Shown here: positions 8,525 to 17,124 of the stretch, piece after piece
Layout: each line of letters opens with the position of its first letter
Position numbering within the stretch: the first letter of the stretch is position 1
Notes under the pieces: generated by a model
Told to the model about the DNA's origin: nothing
Seen by the model: only the letters and a program-made list of their open reading frames with translations
Database searches by the model: none
Translations under genes and position numbers: made by a program
Source of the DNA: a virus
Taxonomy: Duplodnaviria > Heunggongvirae > Uroviricota > Caudoviricetes
DNA: 34,125 bases
Virus record (IMG/VR): IMGVR_UViG_2563366806_000008
Location: 1 to 34,125 of that record
Reading direction: 5' to 3' (one strand)

Positions 8525-9751
8525 TCAACCTTTCAATGCTTCAATCGTATTATTAAGTCGACGCAACAGGTCGTCGTACGTCAATATGTCTATCATGTTG
8601 GCGTACTTACGTTTGATTATCTCAAAATCAAGCAACTGACCGTCGGTCATGTTACCGTTCGCTATCTGATCGCGTCCGACAATGATGATGGCTTTTGGGT
8701 TAGATATACGAATACACATTCCCGCTGGCAGAGAATTCTTGTAGGCATTCGTAAGCTCTTTTTCACCCTTAACACCCCATTTAGATAAATGAAAAATATA
8801 CTTTTCAGCCTGCATAATACCGCCGCTAAGTTCTGATGTAGGAATATAGTTATCGCGATAGGGCGTCTTGCGAAGGATCTTATCATCAAACGGCTTTTTG
8901 ACTTCGATGATATCAAGGTTGCCGTTTGCATCCACCAGTGCAATGTCTATAAACCGATTTGTTTTAGCCGAAGGATTAGAGTAATAGTCGAAAATTTTAA
9001 CCTTCTCGAGGACCTTGATATATTTTGGAAAAAGTAATGTGATGAAGGGTATCATCAGGCTCTGCCAGTCATCTTCAGACAAGTTAGTTTTGTTATTCAA
9101 CGCATCCTGGATAATGTCTCTTATGAGTGTATATTTCTCAATTTCGAGCTTATTTAAAACTTCTAAATCCAGTTTGTCGGTTTTTCTGATCACTGTTTTT
9201 CTGTTTAGGTAATGTTCATACCGTTCGCGAGCATCTTTCATACCATCAAGATAACCTGCGAGAATAGCGTGAACCCTTGCATTAGCATAGCGATCCAGTT
9301 CCCCTGTGTTGGGGAATTTACTTTGCAACTCCTGGAATACGCTTTTTGGTATAGCTTCCGGCTTATCTCCTCCGATGATGATGGGATTAGTGTGATCGAG
9401 TAGTTTTGAAAGCCGACCAAAAATGGAGACGTTGCGTTCTGACGCAAATACTTTCCTTTCAAGCTTGATGGACTTATGTATAAGGACATCTCGATTAATG
9501 CTTAGAATCCGTCCCGGAACTGTTATGTATTCATTATTAAGCGTGCCAAAATTAAAGGAATATTCGTAATCATTAAAATCCTGAACGGTTGACGGTGGGT
9601 TTCTCAAGTCCTGGAGTTGAAAGTTAAAAATTCGTGAAATGCATACTGTTTGAAATTTATTTAAACTCTCCCAAACCCAAATTATTTGTTCTCCGCTGTC
9701 ACCGTCGTAAGTCATAACAACGTCATTTGATACAAAGCTGAACTGTAACAT
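8525..9751 (-). CDS. Cargo protein (408 aa): N-terminal domain of unknown function plus C-terminal PD-(D/E)xK / RecB-like nuclease domain; candidate anti-phage effector, possibly Shedu (DUF4263)-like
   Basis: AT-rich ORF in the G/FI slot with good RBS (agagga) before ATG at 9751; motifs FIDIALVD (D269/D274), IIEVKK (E283-x-K285) and QAEKY (Q314-xxx-Y318) match nuclease motifs I, II, III. Confidence 0.6.
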   Translation of the reverse strand: MLQFSFVSNDVVMTYDGDSGEQIIWVWESLNKFQTVCISRIFNFQLQDLRNPPSTVQDFNDYEYSFNFGTLNNEYITVPGRILSINRDVLIHKSIKLERKVFASERNVSIFGRLSKLLDHTNPIIIGGDKPEAIPKSVFQELQSKFPNTGELDRYANARVHAILAGYLDGMKDARERYEHYLNRKTVIRKTDKLDLEVLNKLEIEKYTLIRDIIQDALNNKTNLSEDDWQSLMIPFITLLFPKYIKVLEKVKIFDYYSNPSAKTNRFIDIALVDANGNLDIIEVKKPFDDKILRKTPYRDNYIPTSELSGGIMQAEKYIFHLSKWGVKGEKELTNAYKNSLPAGMCIRISNPKAIIIVGRDQIANGNMTDGQLLDFEIIKRKYANMIDILTYDDLLRRLNNTIEALKG

Positions 9752-10041
9752 ATTTCCTCTGATTGATAAAACGTCCCATATTTTCCTGATAATTGCATTA
9801 GAGATCCGGCATGAACTGATGCCCGCCTATAATGACTAACTCTGCAATCACTGTCTCGATATTATGTTCATCCCTCATTTTATCCAAGTTATAAAATAGC
9901 AATCACGTAGATAATGACCTGCTCCCAGCAAACTAACATAGCACGATGTAAGCAAGTTCCGCTTTTGGTACAGAGCAGACTGTCAGATTAAGTTTTACTC
10001 TGTGCCATAGATACGTTAGCTCACTCCAGATATCATACAAC

Positions 10042-10569
10042 TTATTGCGGTATTTCCGGCCATTCAGGATTTGCAGGATCCACACGGCTGACCAGAACGC
10101 TGTAGCGTTCCCATGACTCCAGTCGTGCGCGCTCCTCATCCGTCGCCATATTCAGCCTGACGGTGCGTTCCAGCGGCTGGATAACGCTTTCCGCTTCGGA
10201 AAGTAACGCGGCCTTTTGTGATTCGGCCTGTTGTTGCTGTTCGTCTGCCGTATAAATCCGCTTAATCACGGCACCATCCTTAAACATCCATTTACCTGAG
10301 TCATCAGCACGTCGGTTGGCGGTAATATCAGGAACCTCGACAACGCTAAAACCTTCAGGGTTAAGCGTTGAAGCATCTCTGGTGATGCCGACAATTATAT
10401 TATTCTCGTCGTAAACAATCTTTATCGTGTCCTCCTGAAAATTACTTACTTCCTCATACCAGTTTTTTCCCTCTTCGGACCATAACCAGATAACATCAAA
10501 ATTTTTTGTCAGTTGATATTGGGCAACAGTTTTTGGATTACCCGCAATAATATTTTTTAAATGCTGCAT
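10042..10569 (-). CDS. G: Tail fibre assembly chaperone G (175 aa)
   Basis: Immediately downstream of H; 175 aa as in P2 gpG. Confidence 0.8.
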   Translation of the reverse strand: MQHLKNIIAGNPKTVAQYQLTKNFDVIWLWSEEGKNWYEEVSNFQEDTIKIVYDENNIIVGITRDASTLNPEGFSVVEVPDITANRRADDSGKWMFKDGAVIKRIYTADEQQQQAESQKAALLSEAESVIQPLERTVRLNMATDEERARLESWERYSVLVSRVDPANPEWPEIPQ

Positions 10570-10572
10570 AAA

Positions 10573-12501
10573 TTACACCTGTGCGACGTTATACCATGTT
10601 CCATTGATGTATTTTTGTATTGGTCTGAATACTGCGGGGTCATCACCATCGACTTCACCGACAATACCAAGCCCGGTAATTACGTGCCCTGCTTTCTCAT
10701 ACATCACACCTTTTTGCATAGTCTGAACAACACGTGTGCCCAGGCGAATATCTCGTACATAGCGAGAATCCGATTCATCTTTGGTATATGCACCAACATC
10801 TCCCGCAGAGGGTTTGCGGGTTGTGGTGTAAAACTCTGACCAGTCAGCCTCAAATCCATAACCATCACGCGCTGAACGATAATAAATACCGCCGTTCTTA
10901 TAATTCACACGGAACTGTACGGCAGGGCAACTCCCCTCGCTCATATTGAAATGGAGGATTAATGTCGATGCGCCACCAATATTTGCTTGATAGACCCCGC
11001 TATTCCAGTTCCAGCCAACAGCTTTATCATTTCCGACAGTGCTTCCTGTTTTCCCTAAAGCAAATGCAGGCTGCTGGTTTTTCGTGTTGTAGTCTCGTCG
11101 CCAGCCAGGAGCATAAGCATCACCATGATTAATATAAGTGAATTGAGCGTTAGTGGTGCCGCCTCCGGTGGAAGTGCTTGGTGTTGTTACACGGATGGTC
11201 ATGGCACCTTTATTACCCATAACCTCAATAACGCAACCTGCAAGATGAATAGTTCCACAGCCAGTATCGGTAATAATTTTATTATTGCCGTATGACCATG
11301 AACATTTGCACATCCAGTACGGATGATTAAATGCACCACGGGAATCCAGCCATTCAATAAACTGAGCGGTTGTCCAGTTTCCGGCTTCAGTGCTCAAAGC
11401 GCCGCTATAAGCACGACAGGCACCGATATTTTTCGTGAAGGTATCCTTTCCCGGAATATCCGCACCGTTCTGATCTTTCTGAAGACGTTTTTCAGCATTG
11501 TCATAGGCAGACTTCACTGCTTTTGGTGTTGCGGCCAGCGTTTCAGAATCACTGTTGGTGGCGCTACTGAGCTGGACAAGGCCTTTTCGCGCCGTGGTGG
11601 CATCCTGCGCAGTGTATTTCCCGTTAGCAAGGTCATACGCTGTCTTAACCGCCTTTGGCGTTGCTGCAAGCGTTTCAGAATCGCTGTTGGTGGCGCTACT
11701 GAGCTGGACAAGACCTTTTCGCGCTGTGGTGGCGTCCTGTGCAGTGTATTTCCCGTTAGCAAGGTCATATGCTGCCTTTACCGCTTTTGGTGTTGCGGCG
11801 AGCGTTTCAGACGTGCTGTTGGTGGCGCTACTGAGCTGGACAAGGCCTTTTCGCGCTGTGGTGGCATCCTGCGCAGTGTATTTCCCGTTAGCAAGATCAT
11901 ACGCGGCCTTTACCGCTTTCGGCGTTGCGGCCAGTGTTTCAGACGTGCTGTTGATCGCACTGCTTAACTGAGTAAAACCTTTTGCGGTCAGCGAGGCGTC
12001 CGGGTGACGTCGTGACTGTTCATGCTCTGCAATTTTGTCATCAACGTAATCCTGCGTCGCCATCACCGTTGTGGTGTCAATGGTCAGCGCCACTGAGGCC
12101 ACACTGCTGACGATGATGACCATGCGACAGGTCTGCGAACGCCCTGAGCCTTCGGCAAGAGCTGGCTTATAACTTTCGGCCATGTTCGCCACGGCAATTA
12201 ATGTTCCCGCATCATCGTACAGGCCAAGCTCACGCATCCAGAAACCGCCCACCTCCGGCGGAATAACCAGCTCTGCGATAATATAATTACTGTTTCGTTT
12301 GTCCTGGCTGATTTTGTTCAGCGCATGTCGCCAGACTTCATGGATAAGCCCGGTCTGTCCGGCATCCGGGACAGGCAATTTACCACCGCCATCCCCGACG
12401 GCCATCGTGGTAATGTTGACCTTCCGCCCTCCAGGCGCGGTTGCCGCTGCCAGCTTTGCTGCACCGGCAGTGGTGATAACGGTTCTGAATTTTGTGCTCA
12501 T
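10573..12501 (-). CDS. H: Tail fibre protein H (642 aa)
   Basis: N-terminus MSTKFRTVITTAGAAKLAAA... typical of P2-type fibres; internal SETLAATPKAVK fibre repeats; variable C-terminal part. Confidence 0.85.
   Translation of the reverse strand: MSTKFRTVITTAGAAKLAAATAPGGRKVNITTMAVGDGGGKLPVPDAGQTGLIHEVWRHALNKISQDKRNSNYIIAELVIPPEVGGFWMRELGLYDDAGTLIAVANMAESYKPALAEGSGRSQTCRMVIIVSSVASVALTIDTTTVMATQDYVDDKIAEHEQSRRHPDASLTAKGFTQLSSAINSTSETLAATPKAVKAAYDLANGKYTAQDATTARKGLVQLSSATNSTSETLAATPKAVKAAYDLANGKYTAQDATTARKGLVQLSSATNSDSETLAATPKAVKTAYDLANGKYTAQDATTARKGLVQLSSATNSDSETLAATPKAVKSAYDNAEKRLQKDQNGADIPGKDTFTKNIGACRAYSGALSTEAGNWTTAQFIEWLDSRGAFNHPYWMCKCSWSYGNNKIITDTGCGTIHLAGCVIEVMGNKGAMTIRVTTPSTSTGGGTTNAQFTYINHGDAYAPGWRRDYNTKNQQPAFALGKTGSTVGNDKAVGWNWNSGVYQANIGGASTLILHFNMSEGSCPAVQFRVNYKNGGIYYRSARDGYGFEADWSEFYTTTRKPSAGDVGAYTKDESDSRYVRDIRLGTRVVQTMQKGVMYEKAGHVITGLGIVGEVDGDDPAVFRPIQKYINGTWYNVAQV
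11497..11982 (-). repeat. In-frame tandem repeats within H: about 3.7 copies of a 132-bp (44-aa) unit KGLVQLSSATNS(T/D)SETLAATPKAVKAAYDLANGKYTAQDATTAR
   Basis: Read directly from the H translation (residues about 174-335) and the near-identical DNA units starting near 11521, 11653, 11785, 11917. Confidence 0.8.
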
Positions 12502-12511
12502 TATTCCTCAC

Positions 12512-13042
12512 TTATCCGGGGTAAACCGTAATTACATCGCCGTCGTAAGCCACACCACCGGCGAACAGGTAGCCGGGAATGTCCCGGGTAATGTTCAGGC
12601 CAATAAGGTGACGGCTTGCAGGTTTGGCATCAGCAATCAGCCGTTCCATTTCCTGATACATTGCCTCTGTGATGCCACTTTCCAGTACACCAATATCAAG
12701 CCGGAAGGTGCCCGGCGGGTCACTGGTTTCCCACCACTCCGTCACGTTGATGAGATAGCCCAGCGGCTCCACCACACGCCGGATTGCACCTATCGTGCCC
12801 TTATGACAGTGGATGAAATAGGCATCGCGGATAACGGCGCGTTTTGTCGCTTCCGGCCACTTTTCATCCCACCTGTCGACCGAAAACGCCCACGCCAGCC
12901 ACGGCAGCAGATTTGCCGGACAGGTGTCCGGGTTCCACAGTTCACGAATACTGACCGGCGTTTTTTCAATTTCCGCACAGGCTTTTGCGGCGGCGACTTC
13001 AAGCGGTGATGAGCCGGTCGGCAGCAGGCGCGAATCACTCAT
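12512..13042 (-). CDS. I: Baseplate assembly protein I (176 aa)
   Basis: Synteny J-I-H; 176 aa as in P2. Confidence 0.8.
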   Translation of the reverse strand: MSDSRLLPTGSSPLEVAAAKACAEIEKTPVSIRELWNPDTCPANLLPWLAWAFSVDRWDEKWPEATKRAVIRDAYFIHCHKGTIGAIRRVVEPLGYLINVTEWWETSDPPGTFRLDIGVLESGITEAMYQEMERLIADAKPASRHLIGLNITRDIPGYLFAGGVAYDGDVITVYPG

Positions 13043-13943
13043 CCGAGCCTCCGGTCACGACGCGGTATTCGGTGCAGAAAGACGCCTGCGTACTGTTGAG
13101 CACAATGTCGGCCAGTGGTGCAGCCAGCTCGACACGCTGCACGCCTTCCACATGCAAAGCGGCATAAATAGCAGACAGACGGATGTCGCGCCCCAGCCGG
13201 TGCTGTGCCGTGATGTACGCTTCCAGTTTTTTCACGGCAGCAGCGCGGATGGGTTCGCTTTCGGGACCAGGGTAAAGGTAAAGCGTGGCGTTTATCTGGT
13301 ATTCAACGATGGCGGCAGACTGCACGGTCACGCGGTCGGCCACCGGCCTGACGTCCTCACCATTCAGGGCGTTGCGCACCACCGCCAGCAGGTCTTCGGA
13401 TGCGACACCGTTATTTTCGCGAGACAGCACGGAGATAGTGACGCAGGCCGGAGACGGACTGGTGACAGAGATATCCGCGACACGCCCGTCGGCACTGCGA
13501 CCATGATACTGATAGGCTCCCACCGACCCGGCGACGCTTAAGCCCTCAAACGCCTGCTGAATACGCAGACGATAATCGGTGTCAGACTCCATCACTGCCG
13601 GTGTCGGCGGGATGGTCGAATCATCTGCCGGGGTGATAGTCAGGCGCGTGGTGTTGTAATTGGCACCAATCACATCAAGGTCATTACCGGCGGCACAGGC
13701 CAGCATCACCGCCCGCGCAGCCTCATTCACACGCTGACGCCAGATAAGCTCACGATAAGCATTTTCCTCCAGCAGTTTGACGAGAGGCTCAGATTCCAGC
13801 GTCAGGGTACGGGCGACCGCCTCCTGCTGGTCTTCCGGGTAAAGGGAAATCAGTGTCGCCTTGCGTTCAGCGAGAATGATTTCAAAGTCCAGCTCCTCGA
13901 CCACATCCGGTGCGGGTAGCTGGTTCAGGTCGATAATCGGCAT
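13035..13943 (-). CDS. J: Baseplate protein J (302 aa)
   Basis: Synteny W-J-I; 302 aa as in P2. Confidence 0.8.
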   Translation of the reverse strand: MPIIDLNQLPAPDVVEELDFEIILAERKATLISLYPEDQQEAVARTLTLESEPLVKLLEENAYRELIWRQRVNEAARAVMLACAAGNDLDVIGANYNTTRLTITPADDSTIPPTPAVMESDTDYRLRIQQAFEGLSVAGSVGAYQYHGRSADGRVADISVTSPSPACVTISVLSRENNGVASEDLLAVVRNALNGEDVRPVADRVTVQSAAIVEYQINATLYLYPGPESEPIRAAAVKKLEAYITAQHRLGRDIRLSAIYAALHVEGVQRVELAAPLADIVLNSTQASFCTEYRVVTGGSDE

Positions 13944-13947
13944 GGTT

Positions 13948-14295
13948 TCAACTCACAGGGATGGTTAACGAAAGTGGCTGGCCGGTATCGTTGTGCTGGC
14001 CGGTTAACGTGACCGTCATTCGCCCGTCAAAGCTGCGCGCCGTGGTGACGGATGACAGGGTGACGCGGGGTTCCCATTTCAGCACCGCCATGTAACAGGC
14101 GACCTTAATCTGCAACTCAAGCGCCGGGGTCTGCGGCTGGTCAATCATTGATGCCAGCAACGAGCCGTAATCACGACGCATCACCCGTGAGCCGACCGGT
14201 GTACGCAGGATATCGCCGATACTCTGGCTGATATGCTCAAGGTCAGTGACAGTCAGGCCATCACTGCGATTCATTCCGAGATAACGCGCTGTCAT
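13948..14295 (-). CDS. W: Baseplate wedge protein W (115 aa)
   Basis: Synteny V-W-J; 115 aa as in P2. Confidence 0.8.
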   Translation of the reverse strand: MTARYLGMNRSDGLTVTDLEHISQSIGDILRTPVGSRVMRRDYGSLLASMIDQPQTPALELQIKVACYMAVLKWEPRVTLSSVTTARSFDGRMTVTLTGQHNDTGQPLSLTIPVS

Positions 14296-14927
14296 AAAGG
14301 ACTCCCGGTTGTGCCGCCGCTGTCGCCGGGGTGTTTATGGGTATGCAGTACCTTACCGTTTGATGAGAGTTCACCGCCGGTATGTTCAATGTTGCCGCGC
14401 ATCGTCCCGCCCTTCTGCACTTCCAGCGTGCCGGTAATCAGCCTGTTGGTGCAGACCACCTCCGGTGTGTCCAGGGTGACGCGGGTTGATGCTTTCACCA
14501 TGACCACCGGCACCGTGGCAGTAACAGAATCAGAGGCCGTCACGCTGGCCGTTTTAATTCCGCTTACCGTAAGTGCACTGGTTTCGGGTTCATATTCAAT
14601 CACCGCCCCGTCAGGGAAACGGATATGCAGGGCATCCGCCGACGCAGACGGCGCGGGGTTATCGCCGGAATAAATCCCCGGCAGAACGAACGCCGTGTCG
14701 AGTTCACCGCCCACGGCCAGAATCAGCACCTGTTCCCCCACGGAAGGTGCCCACCATGTGCGCGAACGCCCGGCGCGATGGGTCAGCCACTGAAGCCAGT
14801 CGGTGCACATGCCGCCGGTCTGCACACGGCAGCGACCGGCGTTAAGGTCGGTTTCGACGACAATGCCGGTGCGTATCATGTTGCGCAGTGCGCGCGCGAG
14901 TTCCTGAATATTTGATAATGTGCTCAT
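14292..14927 (-). CDS. V: Baseplate spike/hub protein V (211 aa)
   Basis: Trimmed to Met giving MSTLSNIQELARALRNMIRTG...; 211 aa as in P2 gpV; the longer ORF (to 14996) would run into the divergent promoter region. Confidence 0.8.
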   Translation of the reverse strand: MSTLSNIQELARALRNMIRTGIVVETDLNAGRCRVQTGGMCTDWLQWLTHRAGRSRTWWAPSVGEQVLILAVGGELDTAFVLPGIYSGDNPAPSASADALHIRFPDGAVIEYEPETSALTVSGIKTASVTASDSVTATVPVVMVKASTRVTLDTPEVVCTNRLITGTLEVQKGGTMRGNIEHTGGELSSNGKVLHTHKHPGDSGGTTGSPL

Positions 14928-14973
14928 ACGGCAATAATGAGAGATATATACTCGATAAACCATTACAACCCGT

Positions 14974-14991
14974 TGTATCATTTTTGGCACA
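14974..14991. promoter_or_regulatory. Perfect TGT-N12-ACA dyad (Ogr-type late promoter box) upstream of V
   Basis: tgtatcatttttggcaca; palindromic dyad centred about 55 bp upstream of the V ATG; P2 late promoters carry this dyad near -55. Confidence 0.35.
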
Positions 14992-15010
14992 ATCAAGAAG
15001 GAACTGAAGT

Positions 15011-15754
15011 ATGGATAAATATCAAATCTGGGAAAATCAAAAAGACACCATCGCCCACCAAGAGTATTTAAAAATCTCCGACACCAATTTACTTGGACAT
15101 ATGCATATTGCCAATTACGAAGTTGTCCAACATGAATTAAGCAAATTCAACTCCCCTGACATTGTTTCCCGTCATTCATTTAACAGAGACAAATTTAAAA
15201 AAGAACATTTAAACATATCAAGACACCTTTTCAATTATATATCTTCAGCATTATCATTTAGAGATTCAACGCGCAACCTACTTAAAACAAAAGCATTAAA
15301 TATTGCCGACATTAAAATCAAATCAGAGGCATTCATCAATCATGAATTCCGAAATAATCCAGTAATAAAATTAATGGAGGATTTAAGAAACATCCTGACG
15401 CATCAAAACATGATCGCCCCATCAATATCATCATTCATGCACCTCCAAAGAAATATAAACATGCACGGCTTTTCATTTAAGATTGAAAGAATCTTAAACA
15501 ATGACAGAACCACCAAACAAACAAAAGAATATTTAATCTCACTAAAGCAAAAAAACTTATTCATTTTACCGATAATAGAAGAATACCAATACACGACTCT
15601 TAAGTATCAACACTGGCTTTTAGCAAGTATCTACACTGTTCATCAAGATACTTACCAAGAATACTGGAATGCGAGAAAAAACATCATGAACGAATGGGGA
15701 GGAGACACTCAGCTAATACCTAAAGAGAGTGAGCTCACTTATTTAACCAGATAA
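15011..15754 (+). CDS. Cargo ORF of unknown function (247 aa), opposite strand to the late operons; candidate accessory/defence gene
   Basis: Strongly AT-rich ORF with RBS aagaagga before the ATG; Asn/Lys/Ile-rich; occupies the S/V junction (P2 orf30 position) on the opposite strand; contains R126-x4-H131 (RNILTH). Confidence 0.6.
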   Translation: MDKYQIWENQKDTIAHQEYLKISDTNLLGHMHIANYEVVQHELSKFNSPDIVSRHSFNRDKFKKEHLNISRHLFNYISSALSFRDSTRNLLKTKALNIADIKIKSEAFINHEFRNNPVIKLMEDLRNILTHQNMIAPSISSFMHLQRNINMHGFSFKIERILNNDRTTKQTKEYLISLKQKNLFILPIIEEYQYTTLKYQHWLLASIYTVHQDTYQEYWNARKNIMNEWGGDTQLIPKESELTYLTR

Positions 15755-15775
15755 CAACCTGGTCAGTTCGCAAAC

Positions 15776-15808
15776 GGAAAAAACTGGCCGCGACATTTTA
15801 TCGCGGCC
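15776..15808 (-). terminator. Intrinsic terminator of the head/lysis late transcript (after S); the same hairpin may also end the plus-strand cargo ORF
   Basis: Stem ggccgcg (15786-15792) / cgcggcc (15802-15808); on the minus strand followed by agttttttcc. Confidence 0.55.
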
Positions 15809-15958
15809 TTAAACATTCAAACGATCACCATTGATGAATCCTTATGCCCCAATCGACTGTATATTTTCAAGTGGCAATTAAAACTTATCCGACGAAAATA
15901 CAAAGAGTGTTATACAACAATCAACAACTCAGCAATAAAGCGTAAAAAAATTGCACAA

Positions 15959-16411
15959 CTAACGATCGAGGTGAGCCAGGATAATCTCTTCAATCATCTG
16001 CACATCCTTACCGGTAAAGCCGAGCAAAGGACGCGCCGGATAATCAATTTTCTTACCGTCTTTCCGGGTTTCTTCCGACAGACCAAACTGATGCACGCTG
16101 GCGATTTTCGGTGACTTCCCGCCGTAAAATTCCATTGATGCCTGTTCCGGGCTGGCGCGGATATGCAAAAAACGACTGGTGATAAGTTTCGCAAACATTT
16201 TTCGCTTAACGCGACCGGTCTTTTTTCTGGCGCTCTGCTGCTGGCGTGGCGCGTAGGGTGTGCCGTCCGGGGCTTTCTGTGCCATCACCCGACGCTGCTG
16301 ACTCTGCCGCAGACGTTTCGCCAGTTCGGCACTCAGTCGCCGACGCCCTGACGGTGACAGCGATTCAATAAGTCCGGCCAGCCGGTCTTCAAAACGCTTA
16401 AACTCATTCAT
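15959..16411 (-). CDS. S: Tail completion protein S (150 aa)
   Basis: Synteny R-S; 150 aa as in P2. Confidence 0.8.
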   Translation of the reverse strand: MNEFKRFEDRLAGLIESLSPSGRRRLSAELAKRLRQSQQRRVMAQKAPDGTPYAPRQQQSARKKTGRVKRKMFAKLITSRFLHIRASPEQASMEFYGGKSPKIASVHQFGLSEETRKDGKKIDYPARPLLGFTGKDVQMIEEIILAHLDR

Positions 16412-16871
16412 CCCACTTGCTCACCAGTTCGCCATTGATATAAAGCTCCATCGGGCGGGTGACCGGCTCCGGCGGCGGGGGTTCCGGGATATTCTTCACA
16501 TGCAGCGCGCCGTCCACCTCACTGACCAGCGTGCGCTCGGTCAGCATCAGGCTGATGCTGATATCAAAGCTGCTGTCATTGTTGATGTCCGCATAAAACG
16601 TGAAGCCCTTTTTCTGGCCTTCGTCGGTGGTCATGATGTCGGGCTGATTTTCCCGCAGCCACGCCAGCACCGGCACGATGAGCAGGTCAAAATCACCGGT
16701 AAAGTCGGTCAAAATGACATTGAGCGTGTAACGCTTTTCGAACGACAGCGACGTCGCCAGTGTGGAGGCAATACTCCCGTTATCCACGAATATCCGCAGC
16801 ATATCGGGGTTAGTTTTCAGCACCGTGACGGCATCAGTCAGCGCCCTGCGCAGGCTGTCGGGTTTGAGCAT
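16404..16871 (-). CDS. R: Tail completion protein R (155 aa)
   Basis: Synteny lysB-R-S; 155 aa as in P2. Confidence 0.8.
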   Translation of the reverse strand: MLKPDSLRRALTDAVTVLKTNPDMLRIFVDNGSIASTLATSLSFEKRYTLNVILTDFTGDFDLLIVPVLAWLRENQPDIMTTDEGQKKGFTFYADINNDSSFDISISLMLTERTLVSEVDGALHVKNIPEPPPPEPVTRPMELYINGELVSKWDE

Positions 16872-17124
16872 CGTTTTCGTCCTGACAGTGTTTAATCATT
16901 TTTACCTGGCTGGCACAGCGTGCCAGCGCGTTCTCAAGCTGCCGGATATCGGCACTTAAATCGCCGTTCTTCTGCGGGTCACTGCCCGGCATCGGGCAAA
17001 GGCTCACTTTCGGGCAGGCGTTGGCGACAATCACTGGCGTCAGTGCAGGCCGGACGCTGGTGCAACCGGCGCACAGCATCAGGCAGGTCAGCGCCATACC
17101 AGCGGCGGAAATCCTCGTTTTCAT
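16834..17124 (-). CDS. lysC: LysC, Rz1-like outer-membrane spanin lipoprotein (96 aa from internal Met)
   Basis: Alternative frame overlapping the 3' part of lysB; MKTRISAAGMALTCLMLCAGC has a signal peptide and lipobox (LCAGC); Pro-rich mature part. Confidence 0.5.
   Translation of the reverse strand: MKTRISAAGMALTCLMLCAGCTSVRPALTPVIVANACPKVSLCPMPGSDPQKNGDLSADIRQLENALARCASQVKMIKHCQDENDAQTRQPAQGAD

Noticed and set aside
8258-8639. Small plus-strand ORFs (76 aa and 66 aa) in the FI/cargo intergenic region
   Set aside because: No convincing RBS, they overlap the predicted minus-strand terminator and FI promoter region, and are on the wrong strand for any neighbouring operon.
9937-9948. 12-mer catagcacgatg shared between the cargo-A upstream region and the right host flank (33690-33701)
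   Set aside because: By my rough estimate, exact 12-mer coincidences are expected by chance in a 34-kb window; no extended similarity around it.
11323-11971. Repetitive ORFs (214 aa and 138 aa) on the plus strand, and 84 aa on the minus strand, overlapping the H repeat region
   Set aside because: They are alternative-frame readings of the 132-bp tandem repeats within H; their internal repetition is inherited from the fibre repeats.
11497-11982. Possible CRISPR-like array suggested by the periodic repeats
   Set aside because: Units are 132 bp, contiguous with no spacers, in-frame within H, and encode the conserved fibre motif; not a CRISPR array.
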